Below are positions 38,001 to 49,133 of a DNA stretch of 64,000 nucleotides, piece by piece. The notes under the pieces were generated by a model. It was not told where the DNA came from, made no database searches, and saw only the letters and a list, made by a program, of their open reading frames with translations. Position 1 is the stretch's first letter, and every line of letters begins with the position of its first letter. The DNA comes from Nemertoderma westbladi (Eukaryota; Animalia; Xenacoelomorpha), in contig JAUCBJ010006960.1 of assembly GCA_032718475.1 (NCBI GenBank), positions 1-64,000 on the forward strand, written 5' to 3'. A program made the position numbers and the translations under genes.

Positions 38001-38789
38001 AACTTCCTGCCTATGCGCTTCCTCTACTTCGAGCTTTCTCTCTTCAACTGCAATTAGTCTATCTCGTTCTGTGAACGCTCGCAGGGCCTTTTGTGATTCT
38101 GTTATCGAACTCCGACTACGTACTACACTCGTACTTCGTCGCGACCTTGTTGTGCTTTGGCTGGCAACAGATAAAACTTCCGCTCCACTGTTTAACCCAC
38201 TCACTGTCTCTTGGTTTGCAGTTAATGGCAATGGTAATCCAATGATAACTACTCCTCTCTTACTTAAATAACGGGTTAATTTAGTAACTCGATGCTGAGT
38301 CTCAACCACAATACGTTCCTCTGATTCTCTAAACTCGACTTCATTGACTGTTAGAGATTCACAAACTGCTTCGCTCCATCGTGTATTACGAATTTGGGAA
38401 AAGTGTTCAATTACTCTTATATAACTCACTCTTGCCTTTTTCAATTTCTCGAATAAGAAAGTCAGGGTTTTATTCTCTTGATATTTTTCTGCTCTATCCA
38501 CAAGAGCTTGTAGTTCAGCTACTGGATGGATCATCTGGGTGTTAAACTTACCTTGTAACTCCAAAAGTTGTTGTCTGTCTAATGTAGCACCCTCTTGTAA
38601 TAATAATGTAATCACCTTGTTTGTGCACTTTGTAATTTGTGCCATATACCCACCAGCACTCCTACTTATCGGTGGCCCTCTTTGTGAATCTAAACTACTT
38701 ACTCTCACCACCTCCTCTATTTCGTCATCGTTTGAGTCAGAACCTACTAGAGTTATGTCCTGTATAGTCGATGTCCTATGTATACTCAT
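35091..38789 (-). CDS. gag: BEL/Pao gag-protease (protease C-terminal half damaged)
   Basis: Coiled-coil N-terminal region, FNGNAKHWRTF (DUF1759-like), three zinc knuckles, protease ILDPAS; the expected ILIG...GW segment is missing. Confidence 0.9.
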   Translation of the reverse strand: MSIHRTSTIQDITLVGSDSNDDEIEEVVRVSSLDSQRGPPISRSAGGYMAQITKCTNKVITLLLQEGATLDRQQLLELQGKFNTQMIHPVAELQALVDRAEKYQENKTLTFLFEKLKKARVSYIRVIEHFSQIRNTRWSEAVCESLTVNEVEFRESEERIVVETQHRVTKLTRYLSKRGVVIIGLPLPLTANQETVSGLNSGAEVLSVASQSTTRSRRSTSVVRSRSSITESQKALRAFTERDRLIAVEERKLEVEEAHRQEVELAEEEIHKLAAQEADLKQQEQLESEEAKLRHEEAAAKFRREAQAAAQEAEHLRDELQRQQREAAANLEHQHAQRRAQVDEKRRELELKQRRRIHEIEMEHKRAQLQDARLELVNDRQQYEEEHSSIIDQVEEAPIICESAQRRFPLTEAYVSSLHKGRIAQEVHQERPIPRLNQNIVRKPETKPYEKPFQPLYTPNKFVDKRWQCEGEHRPQPHERDCPCFVCRERYLLPQNPWYHYGNRSRERYRTGGDEPYSQNWEHSHRADKFDLFDFETPIEPKVSIEQMKAAMQECNAPLLQQLKEVQEKVDWMDTPVRRNLKTDSEMEEISQNPVREPSLSKKIHFNSTYAQRRSTPHQNLYSEVVESSSSSFCGEFQRGNKSSLVKEKEKQTETTAVLTEIARFAARQSLPTQQPPCFNGNAKHWRTFINYVDSQIKEKDFSSNEKFNYLLQLLQKEPRGLAETFTGNPNAFQHTYERLTSVYGSNTRVAQSIVDELGKGGPISTSHELLKLADEIKNAISILPDIGCENYGDRPDILKDIIRRLSYRHRQKWRKLESKIEERGETLKLRHLHELIARKALADSRSNYSEEYLQVERRSIAKPKSLMTTEGMCLTYNTLGPTGTDSNISKSRYQLEKSKVSAPIGVTLERQELPSNFRGCQYCYQQSQKHMDHKLHCCDFFTKLDVDKRRLAIRSLDACWKCLSTGHKRRECPDTIKKGCQDCGRLHHRLLHTSQHTPTKQYIMDHPSRIARNPNPIPNKVTFASVNADQSGSSDEDDEKDECQVGDTDATNIDDIICANTYLTAVQSASFSVIPIKIIGEHGTKRIYVILDPASTHSYVDLEVASAVTDTLSAKSRRIDLGSIHGQGELNGKSINLSLDSLLPRNHHTLPEQSLLPIKNVSFIALKEFSGLLGGVPALTKQEREYFGCLGIPECNVNYRNISIGYRMKDIEYRILIKTTVIYVVKLLLHS

Positions 38790-39493
38790 GGTCGGTAAAT
38801 TTTAATTCTGTATTTCTGTATAACCTTCCGGTCAGTATATATCTAAATATATTTTCTAATTTTACTTGAAGTTGTGCTGCTCCTACAGCGGTAAACTTTC
38901 TAAAATATTTTTAATATTTCCTTCAAATATTATATTTTTTATACACAAATATAATAGGCGTAACGGTTTCCCGGCACGACAAAGATGTGGAGTTCTAAAA
39001 ACATAGTGGACAAACTGGAAGCATTTAAATAAATCATAAAATTAACTTGCCGCAAAACTTTCACAGGTCTCACAGACACAGAGATACAGGTAATGCAACT
39101 AACCCCAGGAGCGTTTCAATTTTCCTCGCGTCCCAATCTGAGCTGCAGATTTTCATTCTGCGAACTTCTTTTTGTACCAAACTCGTAAACATCAACAGAT
39201 CCCAGAATCAGTTGGAAAGTCTCCCTCTGTACCTGAAAGTCGTATAGAAACTTTAAACGGCGCCTACTAATTTTATTTCCTGCAAATAAACTTTAAATTT
39301 AAATTTTTAACCTTTTTTGGCTACCAAATATCTATTCAACCTCCTTTACATAATTTTGGAGCTGATATTTTAATTTTAGAAAATATTTTGTATTTCTGCA
39401 AAACGGAATAATTACAGAAAGACTGATTATTTTCTAAAAATGTTATTTGCTAAGTATTTTGTAAATCAGCTGGGATTTACAGCTTTGATTTTT

Positions 39494-39506
39494 TATATTG
39501 ATTTCT
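39494..39506 (-). promoter_or_regulatory. Primer-binding-site position, complementary to LTR-internal sequence 40129-40141 (putative self-priming site)
   Basis: + strand TATATTGATTTCT (39494-39506) is the exact reverse complement of AGAAATCAATATA (40129-40141); no TGG on the element strand until 39326. Confidence 0.6.
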
Positions 39507-41060
39507 GTTAAGTGCAATCCCAAATCCCCCAAAAGGGCAGAATTAACCGAGATCAAAACTGAGGGAAAGCTATCGCTATTGCGAGTAAATGTTTTAATTC
39601 AATGGTGGAGACCTCAACACCTTTTTTACAGCAGCGCTCACAATAAGTAAGTTCAATAGATATTTGTCGTTCGATTTTGGCAGGCAGTAAAGGCTAACAT
39701 ATAAAGTACTGTAAAACACCAGCAACCAAAACAATAAACCAAACCTATATCAGAATGTACAGCAATTATGGCTGAAAATTCGTAATTCATGCTAGACCAG
39801 TAGGCTCTTCTAACTAATCCCAAAACGAGCAAATACTAATTTTTTATCTTTCAAAATATGTATAAACAAATAAATAAATTTTATACTTACAACAGTTTGG
39901 TTGTCAATCTATACGGAATTTAGGATACTAGGGCTGAGAAAGAAATAATTAAATGGCCTAACTATTTTACCATCCCAAATGTTCCCTCAGCGCTATAATA
40001 ACCACCAATTTATCCGTAGGGCCTAAGAATGATCACAAACTATCTAAAATAATTATTAGAAAATTAGTAAGTTAGAATTCCTAACGTGTTATGGTAGACC
40101 TAGCTACCGGTCTGCCGGTACATGAATTAGAAATCAATATAGGGGCCTCTGAAAACTATAATCTAACCCCTTCACCAATTGGCCTACAGCCTTAGCACTT
40201 AGGGGCAATTGATTGACATTTACTAATCCAATTTTAGCGAGCCCAAACTTATGCCTAATGGTTCGATCAACTTCCCTGATAGTCCAATTTTGCTTCCGTA
40301 CCGCCACTGATGTCCCACATCCCATTGCCGGCCTCACCGCACCGCAGCTAATCTTAGCCGGACATCGCGAATGTTTTCGATAATTGACTCATGTCAGAAT
40401 GCGATCTGATCCGTTAATCAGGAACAACAATGTTATTGAACGTGTTCTAATCGACTAAGACATTATATTGAATATCGTATCACAGTATCACAGTTTTATA
40501 TCAAACACATCCAGACATCAGACATCTGAATGCAAAACAACACTGTCAAAATTTAAATACACGTCCAAATGTAAAAGATTAAACCATATAACGTACCGGT
40601 ACTGCGGTACTTAATGCAGTAACAGAGTAAATGAATGAATATATATATAACTTCAATTCTACATTGAAACAAGCATAAAAAGAATTCAAAGGCTGTCATT
40701 GGCTAATCATGTTTAAAAAGCCTTAATTTGAAAATACCTCCAGCAGGGCTTAGTTATACTGTACTGTATAATAATAATAATCTGGAAATAATTATAGATA
40801 CTGGACAATTAACCGACTGGTGATTTATCATATAATCAGGTAGTATTTCACATAATGAATCGTACAGTATTTCTACTGCAGTAAGTAAAGGAACTGAAAC
40901 AAACTTAACTTTAAAGAGAATCCATAAGATTTTCGTTAATTAATATAGTAGAATATAGGTATAGAATATAGGTTTTATACTTTAAACGTACAGTAGAAGT
41001 TATCGGAACAATATAACGATTATAAAATAAAATTTTTATACTCTTACCAAATACAATACA
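39506..41060 (-). repeat. 5' LTR of BEL element 2
   Basis: Near-identical to 27768-29322; lies upstream of gag on the - strand. Confidence 0.95.
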
Positions 41061-41806
41061 GGTTTACTGTGGAAGAACACCCATGGTGTTGAACAGGCAT
41101 TCCTTTGGGAAACGTAGTGGAAGGGTTTACTGTGGAAGATCACCCATGGTGGTGAACAGGCATTCCTTTAGGAAACAGAGTGGAAGGGTTTACTGTGGAA
41201 GATCACCCATGGTGGTGAACAGGTATTACTTTAGGAAACAGAGTGGAAGGGTTTACTGTGGAAGATCACCAATGGTGGTGAACAGGCATTCCTTTAGGAA
41301 ATAGAGTGGAAGGGTTTACTGTGGAAGATCACCCATTGTGGTGAACTGGCATTCCTTTAGGAAACATAGTGGGAGGGTTTACTGTGGAAGATCACCCATT
41401 GTGGTAAACAGGCATTCCTTTAGGAAACAGAGTGGAAGGGTTTACTATGGAAGATCACCCATGGTGGGGAGCAGGTATTCCTTTAGGAAAAAGAGTGGAA
41501 GGGTTTACTGTGGAAGATCACCCATTGTGGTGAACAGGCATTCCTTTAGGAAACAGAGTAGAAGGGTTTACTTTGGAAGATCACCCATTGCGGTGTACAG
41601 ACATTCCTTTGTGAAACAGAGTGGAAGGGTTTACTGTGGAAGATCATCCATGGTGATGAACAGGTATTCCTTTAGGAAACAGAGTGGAAGGGTTCACTGT
41701 GGAAGATCACCCATTGTGGTGAACAGGCATTCCTTTGGGAAACAGAGTGCAAGGGTTTACTGTGGAAGATCACCCATTGTGGTGAACAGGCATTCCTTTA
41801 GGAAAC
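41061..41806 (+). repeat. 63-bp satellite, right part
   Basis: The same unit resumes in register after the TSD. Confidence 0.95.
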
Positions 41807-41868
41807 TATTGTAAACTATTCATTTAGGTAGCTATTGTAACTATTGAAGAATGTTTATTTACATTTAG

Positions 41869-42048
41869 TTTTCAGCGTCTATCACCTATGGCAACGAGAC
41901 AAAGACATGTGTTTATGAAGATGAGCAACCAATTGTTATCGACTTCCTGCAACGGGGGTTCACTCACATTGGAGGCAGTCACATATACCCGAGTGTTAGA
42001 GGATTCATTGGCTATCTAAGAATGTGGAGACACGTTGCACTAACACAG
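41869..42048 (+). CDS. SEL1L3: SEL1L3-like exon D
   Basis: TTTAG| phase 0, CAG|GTAGTA; FSASITYG...GFTHIGGSHIYPSVRGFIGYLRMWR (laminin-G-type IGGS...GF.G motif). Confidence 0.82.
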
Positions 42049-42748
42049 GTAGTAGGCGAAAATGATATGAAAAATGTTAAATAATTTTTAAATAATTATA
42101 AATAATTACTTGCTCACAAAAAAAATACGGAATTAGTCTACTGAAATGCAAACGAACGTCACTAATTAGTTATTTGCTTTTAAAATTTTACACATTTTGG
42201 TCACGTCAGGAATGATAATTTTTTTGTTCGCTCCCGGAATTACAATTCTAAAACTTAACGTATTAAAATTGTAATTGTATTTAATGAAGAACTGTTATTT
42301 GTTAGAAAAAAAACAGCCGCGTGAACTTGTGGGGTGCCAATCATGATGCTCTGGATCGATCCTTAGTCGGAACCGATTAAAAAAAGTCATGAAATCCTTG
42401 TTTTTTTTACTTAGAATAGATAGATTTCTTCTAACTCAAAAAATATTGAGTTAGAAGATCGATAATTCCAATAACTACCTAGGCCCAATAATTCACGGGC
42501 CTCTGTTTGGGCCTACGCTTAATGCTTAAAATGCTGCAACCTATATCAACCTATAGGCTTTCATACATTACTGGTTGATAAAAGGGAACCATGGAAACTT
42601 GGTAACAATATAATATAGAATGACAAAATGTTTAATGTGGAAAGCCACCATTGAGTATACAACATAAATCCATAGGGCTTATATAAGTTATCGGTGCTTA
42701 CTAATTATTATGAGAAACAATTCTCATTATTTTGGAAACATTTTCTAG

Positions 42749-42890
42749 GTTCCAACATTGGATCGTAATTTCTCAATGTTCAATATGGACTTCGAAGGGT
42801 CCAAACAACAGTGCGAACGTTTTCTACACTGGGCCGACCATATGGCAACCCACTACAAGCTTCGCGTTGCTAGGTTACTAGAGTACACAA
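42749..42890 (+). CDS. SEL1L3: SEL1L3-like exon E
   Basis: TTTTCTAG| phase 0, A|GTTAGT phase 1; open VPTLDRNFSMF...QQCERFLHW...RLLEYT. Confidence 0.65.
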
Positions 42891-43404
42891 GTTAGTATTA
42901 GTTTCTGTGTTGGATATTTTTTAATGTTAATTTAGTGTTTCAGTGAAATTTGGTTGCTAGGTTACTACAGTACACGGTTCAGTGTAAAAAGAGTAGTAAT
43001 GCACAGGTTACTCAAAGTTTATTTCCCAGTTCAATTAGACAGAGACGTTAAACCAGTATAGTTTTGGTACATAAAGTACGTTAGGATTCTTCTCCGATGA
43101 TGTGCCTTATTTTTTAATAATTGAGATATGTTTTGGTACAATAATTATTTATATTAGATATTTCGTAGGAATTCTATTGGCGCTGGTTGGCAATTTCATA
43201 CACACGTTATATTTAGTGTGTATTTTTCCCTACACCATGCAAAATTCCAGATATTGAGTATATTGTCATGAGACACGGAACTTACTAACTCAAACGGCTT
43301 TATTATTTAACAGTTATTGAATAATTAATAATTGAGTTAGCATAAAATATAATGTTGTATGATAATTTTTCAGAAAATCGATTAAAATACTTTTGTTCCA
43401 ACAG

Positions 43405-43604
43405 ATGTTTGTCCATCAAATCCCTTCCATTACGTTCTACTGCAGACCCAAACCCCGCCGAAACAATGTCCAAAACAACGCCCGATGAAGTTCCGCAAGT
43501 TGATACGAAAGATACTGAAACGAATGGTTATCGATGGGACTATAGACAATATGCCTCGAGAGCACATAGGATTACGACTCTACAATGAGGCGATTATTGT
43601 ACTG
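43405..43604 (+). CDS. SEL1L3: SEL1L3-like exon F
   Basis: TTCCAACAG| phase 1, CTG|GTGAGT phase 0; VCPSNPFHY...KQCPK...EHIGLRLYNEAIIVL. Confidence 0.7.
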
Positions 43605-44481
43605 GTGAGTACTGAGTACCTGGCTAGGTTGCCATAGAGATTGCAAATAAACAACTTACTGTCACTGTCAGTGGATACTTACAATTATAAGTACTGTACT
43701 GTACGAACCAGAACTATAATTATACTCTACAGGGGAAACTGGAAATTATTTAGGGAAAGGAGAGATTCAAGGCAGAGATGCGCCTTTGTGAAGAGTGGAC
43801 CATGTCAGGATTAAATAATATTCGGTCGAAAATGTATTGAAGTTTTATATATGAAGAATTATTTTTTTAATTTCTCCTTATGGCATTTAGTTATTTCTTA
43901 TAATCTGCACAGATACTAATTCGTTTATTGTTTTGGTTAGATACAGCCTTCTGTAACTTGTGGTGTGATTTCCGGACAACAGATTACTCTACTACGCCAA
44001 AGTTTGCTCGGTTTTTTTATGCGCGACTGTCCGAACCCCTTCTGAAATCGTATATTCATTGTGATTTGAATGGATTGACTCTCAGCCCAAACAAGAATCT
44101 ATCCACTGCGTAACAGTGACGTCATAAGTGAAAAAGCCAATTGCAAACAATATGGTTGCTTAAAACCCGGTATGAATGAATATGGGTACATGATGTCATC
44201 AAAGATTGACAAAATTATTATTTGCCGAAGGACCGACTGACTGACAGACAAAGAGACCGATAGACCGACCAACCGACAGTCAAAGGTTGAAACTGCGGTA
44301 CCAGTTTGCTTACTTCTATGCTTGATAGCCAAGACTACAGTAGTATCAGTGTGGTAGAGTTGAGGTATTCATAACAATATTTTAATACATATACTGTAGT
44401 ACAGTAGAATGGATATTTGTTAGAGTGGGTATAAATTGTGTTAATAAAATTCTGTTGTATCTCAATGTTGTATTGTCACAG

Positions 44482-44627
44482 GGCAGTGGATTAACTAGCG
44501 TACCTCGTTTGATGCCATATCTTTATCAAGGAAGTTGTTTTGGGCATGCGCAGAGCGCATACATGGCTAGTATAATCCTAATCAATGGAGTGGGCGGGCA
44601 ACCACTAGACACTAACAAAGCTATGAG
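44482..44627 (+). CDS. SEL1L3: SEL1L3-like exon G (start of the SEL1-repeat region); later exons not found in the window
   Basis: TCACAG| phase 0, AG|GTAAGT phase 2; GSGLTSVPRLMPYLYQGSCFGHAQSAYMASIILINGVGGQPLD (SC.G...A.Y...G SEL1-type repeat). Confidence 0.78.
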
Positions 44628-45364
44628 GTAAGTTGCAAAATATGTGGGATGTATAACACTGCCATGTAAATCCAATCGCTGTCCATCCACAAAGTCAAGC
44701 AAGCTCCATCCACCACCTTGTCAATCACAAAGCGGCTTGGCCATTAACAAAAGCCAGTTCTCGGCGGGAATCTGAGTACAAAGGCTTGCCGCAGAAGAGA
44801 GATATAAACTGTTACCTTGAAATCATTTCAATGTCATTTCAATATGAGACAGAAAGTCTGGAATTTCGGTCTGTCGATTTCAAGGTCATTTCAATATGCC
44901 ATCAAGGTCATTTCAATGTCAATGCTACTTTCAATGCTATCAATGCTGTTGGCCCCTGCTGGTTGTTTCCCCTTCCGAGGTGGTTTGACCTCTGACCTAC
45001 CCTTTGTGTGTGGCTTTGGGGTTGTGTTCTCCCCAGTGTTGGTTGTGATACGAGATTAGTTATTGCTAATCTCGTATCTCCAACATTGCTGAAAATGCCA
45101 CTTCCCATTTTATGAGGGTAGTGCGGCGGAATTGAATCCGCTTACAGATTTCACGTAAAGATATCCAGAGAACAAGACCAGGGAGTATTACAAACGACTT
45201 CCCAAGAGTCAGATAGCACACGCAATGCAAGATCAGTATAGGGAGATGCACGAATGACGATTAGTTGGGACCTATGGGACGCCATTGTTGGATAACGCAA
45301 TCAACGAACATCTTCGTTACTTTGTGAAGGGGGACGAAGGTACCTTTGGGGAAGTAAGTAAGGA

Positions 45365-45630
45365 GGCGGGGAATCCCGCCTCCTGTAACCTGTTCCTTTC
45401 CCTTAATTAGTTAAATGATCGTTTATTGTTTTGGTTAGAAAATCCCGCCTCTGTAAACTTCTCTTTTCCCTGATTTGGTAAAGTGACCGTTTGTTGTATG
45501 GTTAGAAAGGCCCGCCTCTGTAACCTGCTCCTTTCCTTCATTTGGTAAAGTGACTGTTTATTGTTTTCTTTAGAAAATCCGGCCTGACTAACCTGCTCTT
45601 TTCCATCAATTGGTAATTGTTTTTGGCTAT
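45365..45630 (+). repeat. Diverged ~70-bp tandem repeat (4 units), with dispersed relatives
   Basis: Unit ~CCCGCCTCTGTAACCTGCTCCTTTCC...TTGGTAAAGTGACCGTTTATTGTTTTGGTTAGAAA; related motifs at ~13990-14040 (-), ~43920-43960 (+), ~59030-59050 (-). Confidence 0.7.
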
Positions 45631-46852
45631 AAAATGAGTGTTTTCCTACGTCATATGTTAATCGATTATCGACAACAACCATAAACTATTAAATTTAGAG
45701 TCTTTTACCACAGGCGCATATGGAAATCTATCTCATGGCCTATAAATCATGGAATTTTGAATGTTTTGCCACAATTATTGTAAATTAAACTGTCTGAAAG
45801 TCAAGAAATCAACAAATTTTGAATGTTTTGGCACAGGCATAGTGAAATCAACTGTCCGACAGTCCATCAGAAATCAACAAATTTTTATTTTTTTGGCATA
45901 GGCATGTTGAAATCAACTGTCTGACAGTCCAGAAATCAGCAGTCGGACAGTTTAAAGAAATACATACATAAAAAGTCATTAAAGGGACAACAAAAGTCAT
46001 TATGCACAATTCGTAAAAAAAAGGCGGACAAAAAAAGTCAAACAAACCATAAAAAATCACTGCCTAATTAAAATGTAGTGCCGGATGCCTGTTGTTTTAT
46101 GTACTTTTTGTTTAATGCAGTTTAATAATGTAGCTAGGCCTACATAAATTTGGCCAACTTATATCTTAACAGTCTGCCTTTAGTATGTAGACATTCTTTA
46201 AATATCTAGGTAGAGTTTAATTAATATCTGAATAATAAACGGATGATAAAAAATGTGGAACAAAATATGACGCAAATGTAATATTGATATATCTTGGCAT
46301 AGGTGGCTTGGAAGAGAATGAAGAACACTACCTATAACAATAGGCTTATGTATCATTAATGTATTATAAATAATATAAGATACATGAGGTATACTATCTC
46401 TAGTATAATAGTACAGTAGAACCAAATCTTCTTTATTACAGCAGTTCTATACATAAAGTTTACAACATATCTTTTTAATATTGTTTCAGGTAGGCGTAGT
46501 TGAGAATAAATTTTAGGACGTCAGAAAATTTAAAACAATCTAAACTAAATTGTAAATGAATTATACTGTATCAACTTATTGTACCCTTTCTAAAATAACA
46601 TTTACTGGCCATTTTTGGAGATATTTTTGACCCACCCTCTTCATCGTCACAAAATGGCTACCACCGATAAGGGTGGGGGTGGCAAGACGCAATTTTCTCC
46701 CCCCTTTACCTATCACCCCCCCCCCCCCCCCCCCCCCCCACTCACACACACAGCCTCCTCTGAAAGTTTTGGTCATTGTCCTGGCTTTGACAGTACAATG
46801 CACCCCACACTTTCTGAGGGCCTCTACCAGGTTCTGACATTACCCTCCCCCT

Positions 46853-47368
46853 CGACGGATACCATCCTGGACGGATATTGCACTGCCACGGACGGATACC
46901 GCCACAGACGGATACCGCCACAGACGGATACCGCCACAGACGGATACCGCCACAGACGGATACCGCCACAGACGGATACCGCCATGGACAGATACCGCCA
47001 TGGACAGATACCACCACATACAGATACTGCCATGGACAGATACCACCAGATACTGCCATGGACAGATACCACCACGGATAGACACTGCCACGCACGGATA
47101 CTGCCACAGACGGATACCGCCACAGACGGATACCGCCATGGACAGATACCGCCATGGACAGATACCACCACATACAGATACTGCCATGGACAGATACCAC
47201 CAGATACTGCCATGGACAGATACCACCACGGATAGACACTGCCACGCACGGATACTGCCACAGACGGATACTGCCACGAACGGATACCACCATGGACGGA
47301 TACTGCCACATATGGATACTGCACTGCCATGGACGGATACTGGCAGTATCCGTCCATGGCAGTGCAGT
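46853..47368 (+). repeat. 17-bp minisatellite (CACAGACGGATACCGCC variants) ending in a perfect palindrome
   Basis: Visible array; 25-bp arms 47318-47342 / 47344-47368; more units at ~47935-48020. Confidence 0.9.
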
Positions 47369-48148
47369 CATTATTGCAGCTGTTATTTGCATCCGTTTTC
47401 CCCTGGAGATGGTTGAATTTTGATTGCGTCTAAAAGCATTTTTGTTATTTATATAAATGTAGCGGAAATCCGGAAATCCGTACCAAAGGTTTTATATCAC
47501 TTTCAAAATAAAGTTATATTTACAAGTGTTTGATAAACCTCTATCAATGACAATCAATCGGCCGAACTCAACCATCTCTGATAACTAAGGAAAAAAAGGT
47601 GACAATTTCATTGATATGTTGATTTATAATAATTATATTACCATTGCCGTCATCTGTGTTTCTACTTTTTAACTTACTTTGATCTCTCCCTGTCATTTAA
47701 TACAGTGACGTTTCTCAATAGGCCATTATAAGGTTAATTAAATATTATGTTTACTATCCTTTTTTTTAAAGATAATATCAATTCAGTTTTTCACTTTTTT
47801 TGTAACTTTTATTTACAGTATCCGATCCTTTTGTCCTTCTTTTGAACTGCATCCTGTCCTTTTTTTCCTTTTTTTTTTGAAAATATAAATTCCTTTTTTC
47901 CTTTTTTTCATCTATTTTTTTGGCTGGGAGGGCTGTACTGCCACGAACGGATACTGCCACAGACAGATACCACCATGGACGGATACTGCCATACAGACAG
48001 ATACCGCCACAGACGGATATACTGTAGCTTTTGTCTTCTTTTATAAACCGTATTTTTTAGTAGACTTTATCTTATGATTAATTTAATTTAGTTTAGCAAT
48101 TTAGCTCTTCATTTTGCAATCCAAGTGTTTAGAGATTTTTGTCAGAGG

Positions 48149-49036
48149 ATGCATAGACGAAGATTTAGTTTGTCTGACAGGTCAAGCAACTTCGAACGCT
48201 TAGGATTTACAAGGAAATATATCAGTCTGCTATTTTGGCACACATTTCTCTTGACATCCTTGACACCACTGGCCCGAATTTGGAGTGGTCAGTGGTTCGC
48301 GGTAACATCACTCGGACTAATGCCAGCCTATCCAAAGCCAGACGAAAACCCTACTGCAGACCGCGCATTTGGTATCCATGCATTTTTCGCTATAATGTGG
48401 TTGCTGTGTGCCTACATTCAGATAGTGCACACGACTGCTACAAAATTCCACAGAACATTTGGATATATCACTGTAATAGCGTACATGCTACATGTTGCAG
48501 GAGCAATCAATACTCTTATAACTGATATCGAGCATCACACGATCCTCAACAAATTCATGTTATTCTCTTCCATTTATCGGTCCACTACATTGGTGGTACA
48601 CGGAGTATATTGCGCCATTTCTGGGAGACTTACCAAACACAAACATTGTCTTGCCCAAGCCTTCATATGGTCATTAGAAGGAGCTGGAAGTGTTCGAACC
48701 ATATCATCCATACAAGTTATATTTGGCTTTGGGCCGGTGTTTTGCGAATGTGAATTTAAAAGTGTTGGAGATCATTGTGATTGGTCATATACATGGAGGA
48801 TGTGCTGGACAGCATTATTAACGTTTCTACTTCGTACCGTTTACATTTTAGCTCAGAAAGAACCATCTTTGTCAAGAGAATTATACCAGGATTCACTGGG
48901 GTACATATGGCGGCTTCTCGTTTTAATCAGCTGTTTCGCATTAGGTTGGAGTCAAACAGATGCTTTAATATTGTTTATTGTATTATTAGGCATATCGTCA
49001 TTAATAGTGGCTTATTCATCCACTAATAAAGGGTAA
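48149..49036 (+). CDS. Intronless multi-pass membrane protein, DUF2306-like (copy 1)
   Basis: First ATG at 48149 (295 aa); 7-8 hydrophobic segments; membrane histidines FGIHAFF, FHRTFGY, MLHVAG, KHKH; AATAAA motifs around and after the stop. Confidence 0.7.
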   Translation: MHRRRFSLSDRSSNFERLGFTRKYISLLFWHTFLLTSLTPLARIWSGQWFAVTSLGLMPAYPKPDENPTADRAFGIHAFFAIMWLLCAYIQIVHTTATKFHRTFGYITVIAYMLHVAGAINTLITDIEHHTILNKFMLFSSIYRSTTLVVHGVYCAISGRLTKHKHCLAQAFIWSLEGAGSVRTISSIQVIFGFGPVFCECEFKSVGDHCDWSYTWRMCWTALLTFLLRTVYILAQKEPSLSRELYQDSLGYIWRLLVLISCFALGWSQTDALILFIVLLGISSLIVAYSSTNKG

Positions 49037-49133
49037 TGATTTTTCTACTTTAAAATACATTTTATTGAAAAATAATTGCGGTAGATAAATAGATAAAAAA
49101 TTCATATAAATATAAATAAAACAAAAGTGATCT

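Larger units (their letters stand above)
27768..41060 (-). mobile_element. Full-length BEL/Pao LTR retrotransposon (13.3 kb), recent insertion
   Basis: Two 1555-bp LTRs (27768-29322, 39506-41060) with TG...CA ends and only 2 differences spotted by eye; 5-bp TSD GGTTT (27763-27767 / 41061-41065); PPT GATCGGAGCGG next to the 3' LTR. Confidence 0.96.

Noticed and set aside
43352-43588. 78-aa ORF from the track as the SEL1L3-like exon
   Set aside because: The alternative frame from acceptor 43405 fits both splice phases and the family pattern.
45060-45355. Coding-like stretch ending in a GTAAGT donor, considered as the next SEL1L3-like exon
   Set aside because: In-frame stops in all frames and no SEL1 motif.
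46615-47423. Many overlapping ORFs on both strands (and 59942-60746)
   Set aside because: Translations of a 17-bp minisatellite.
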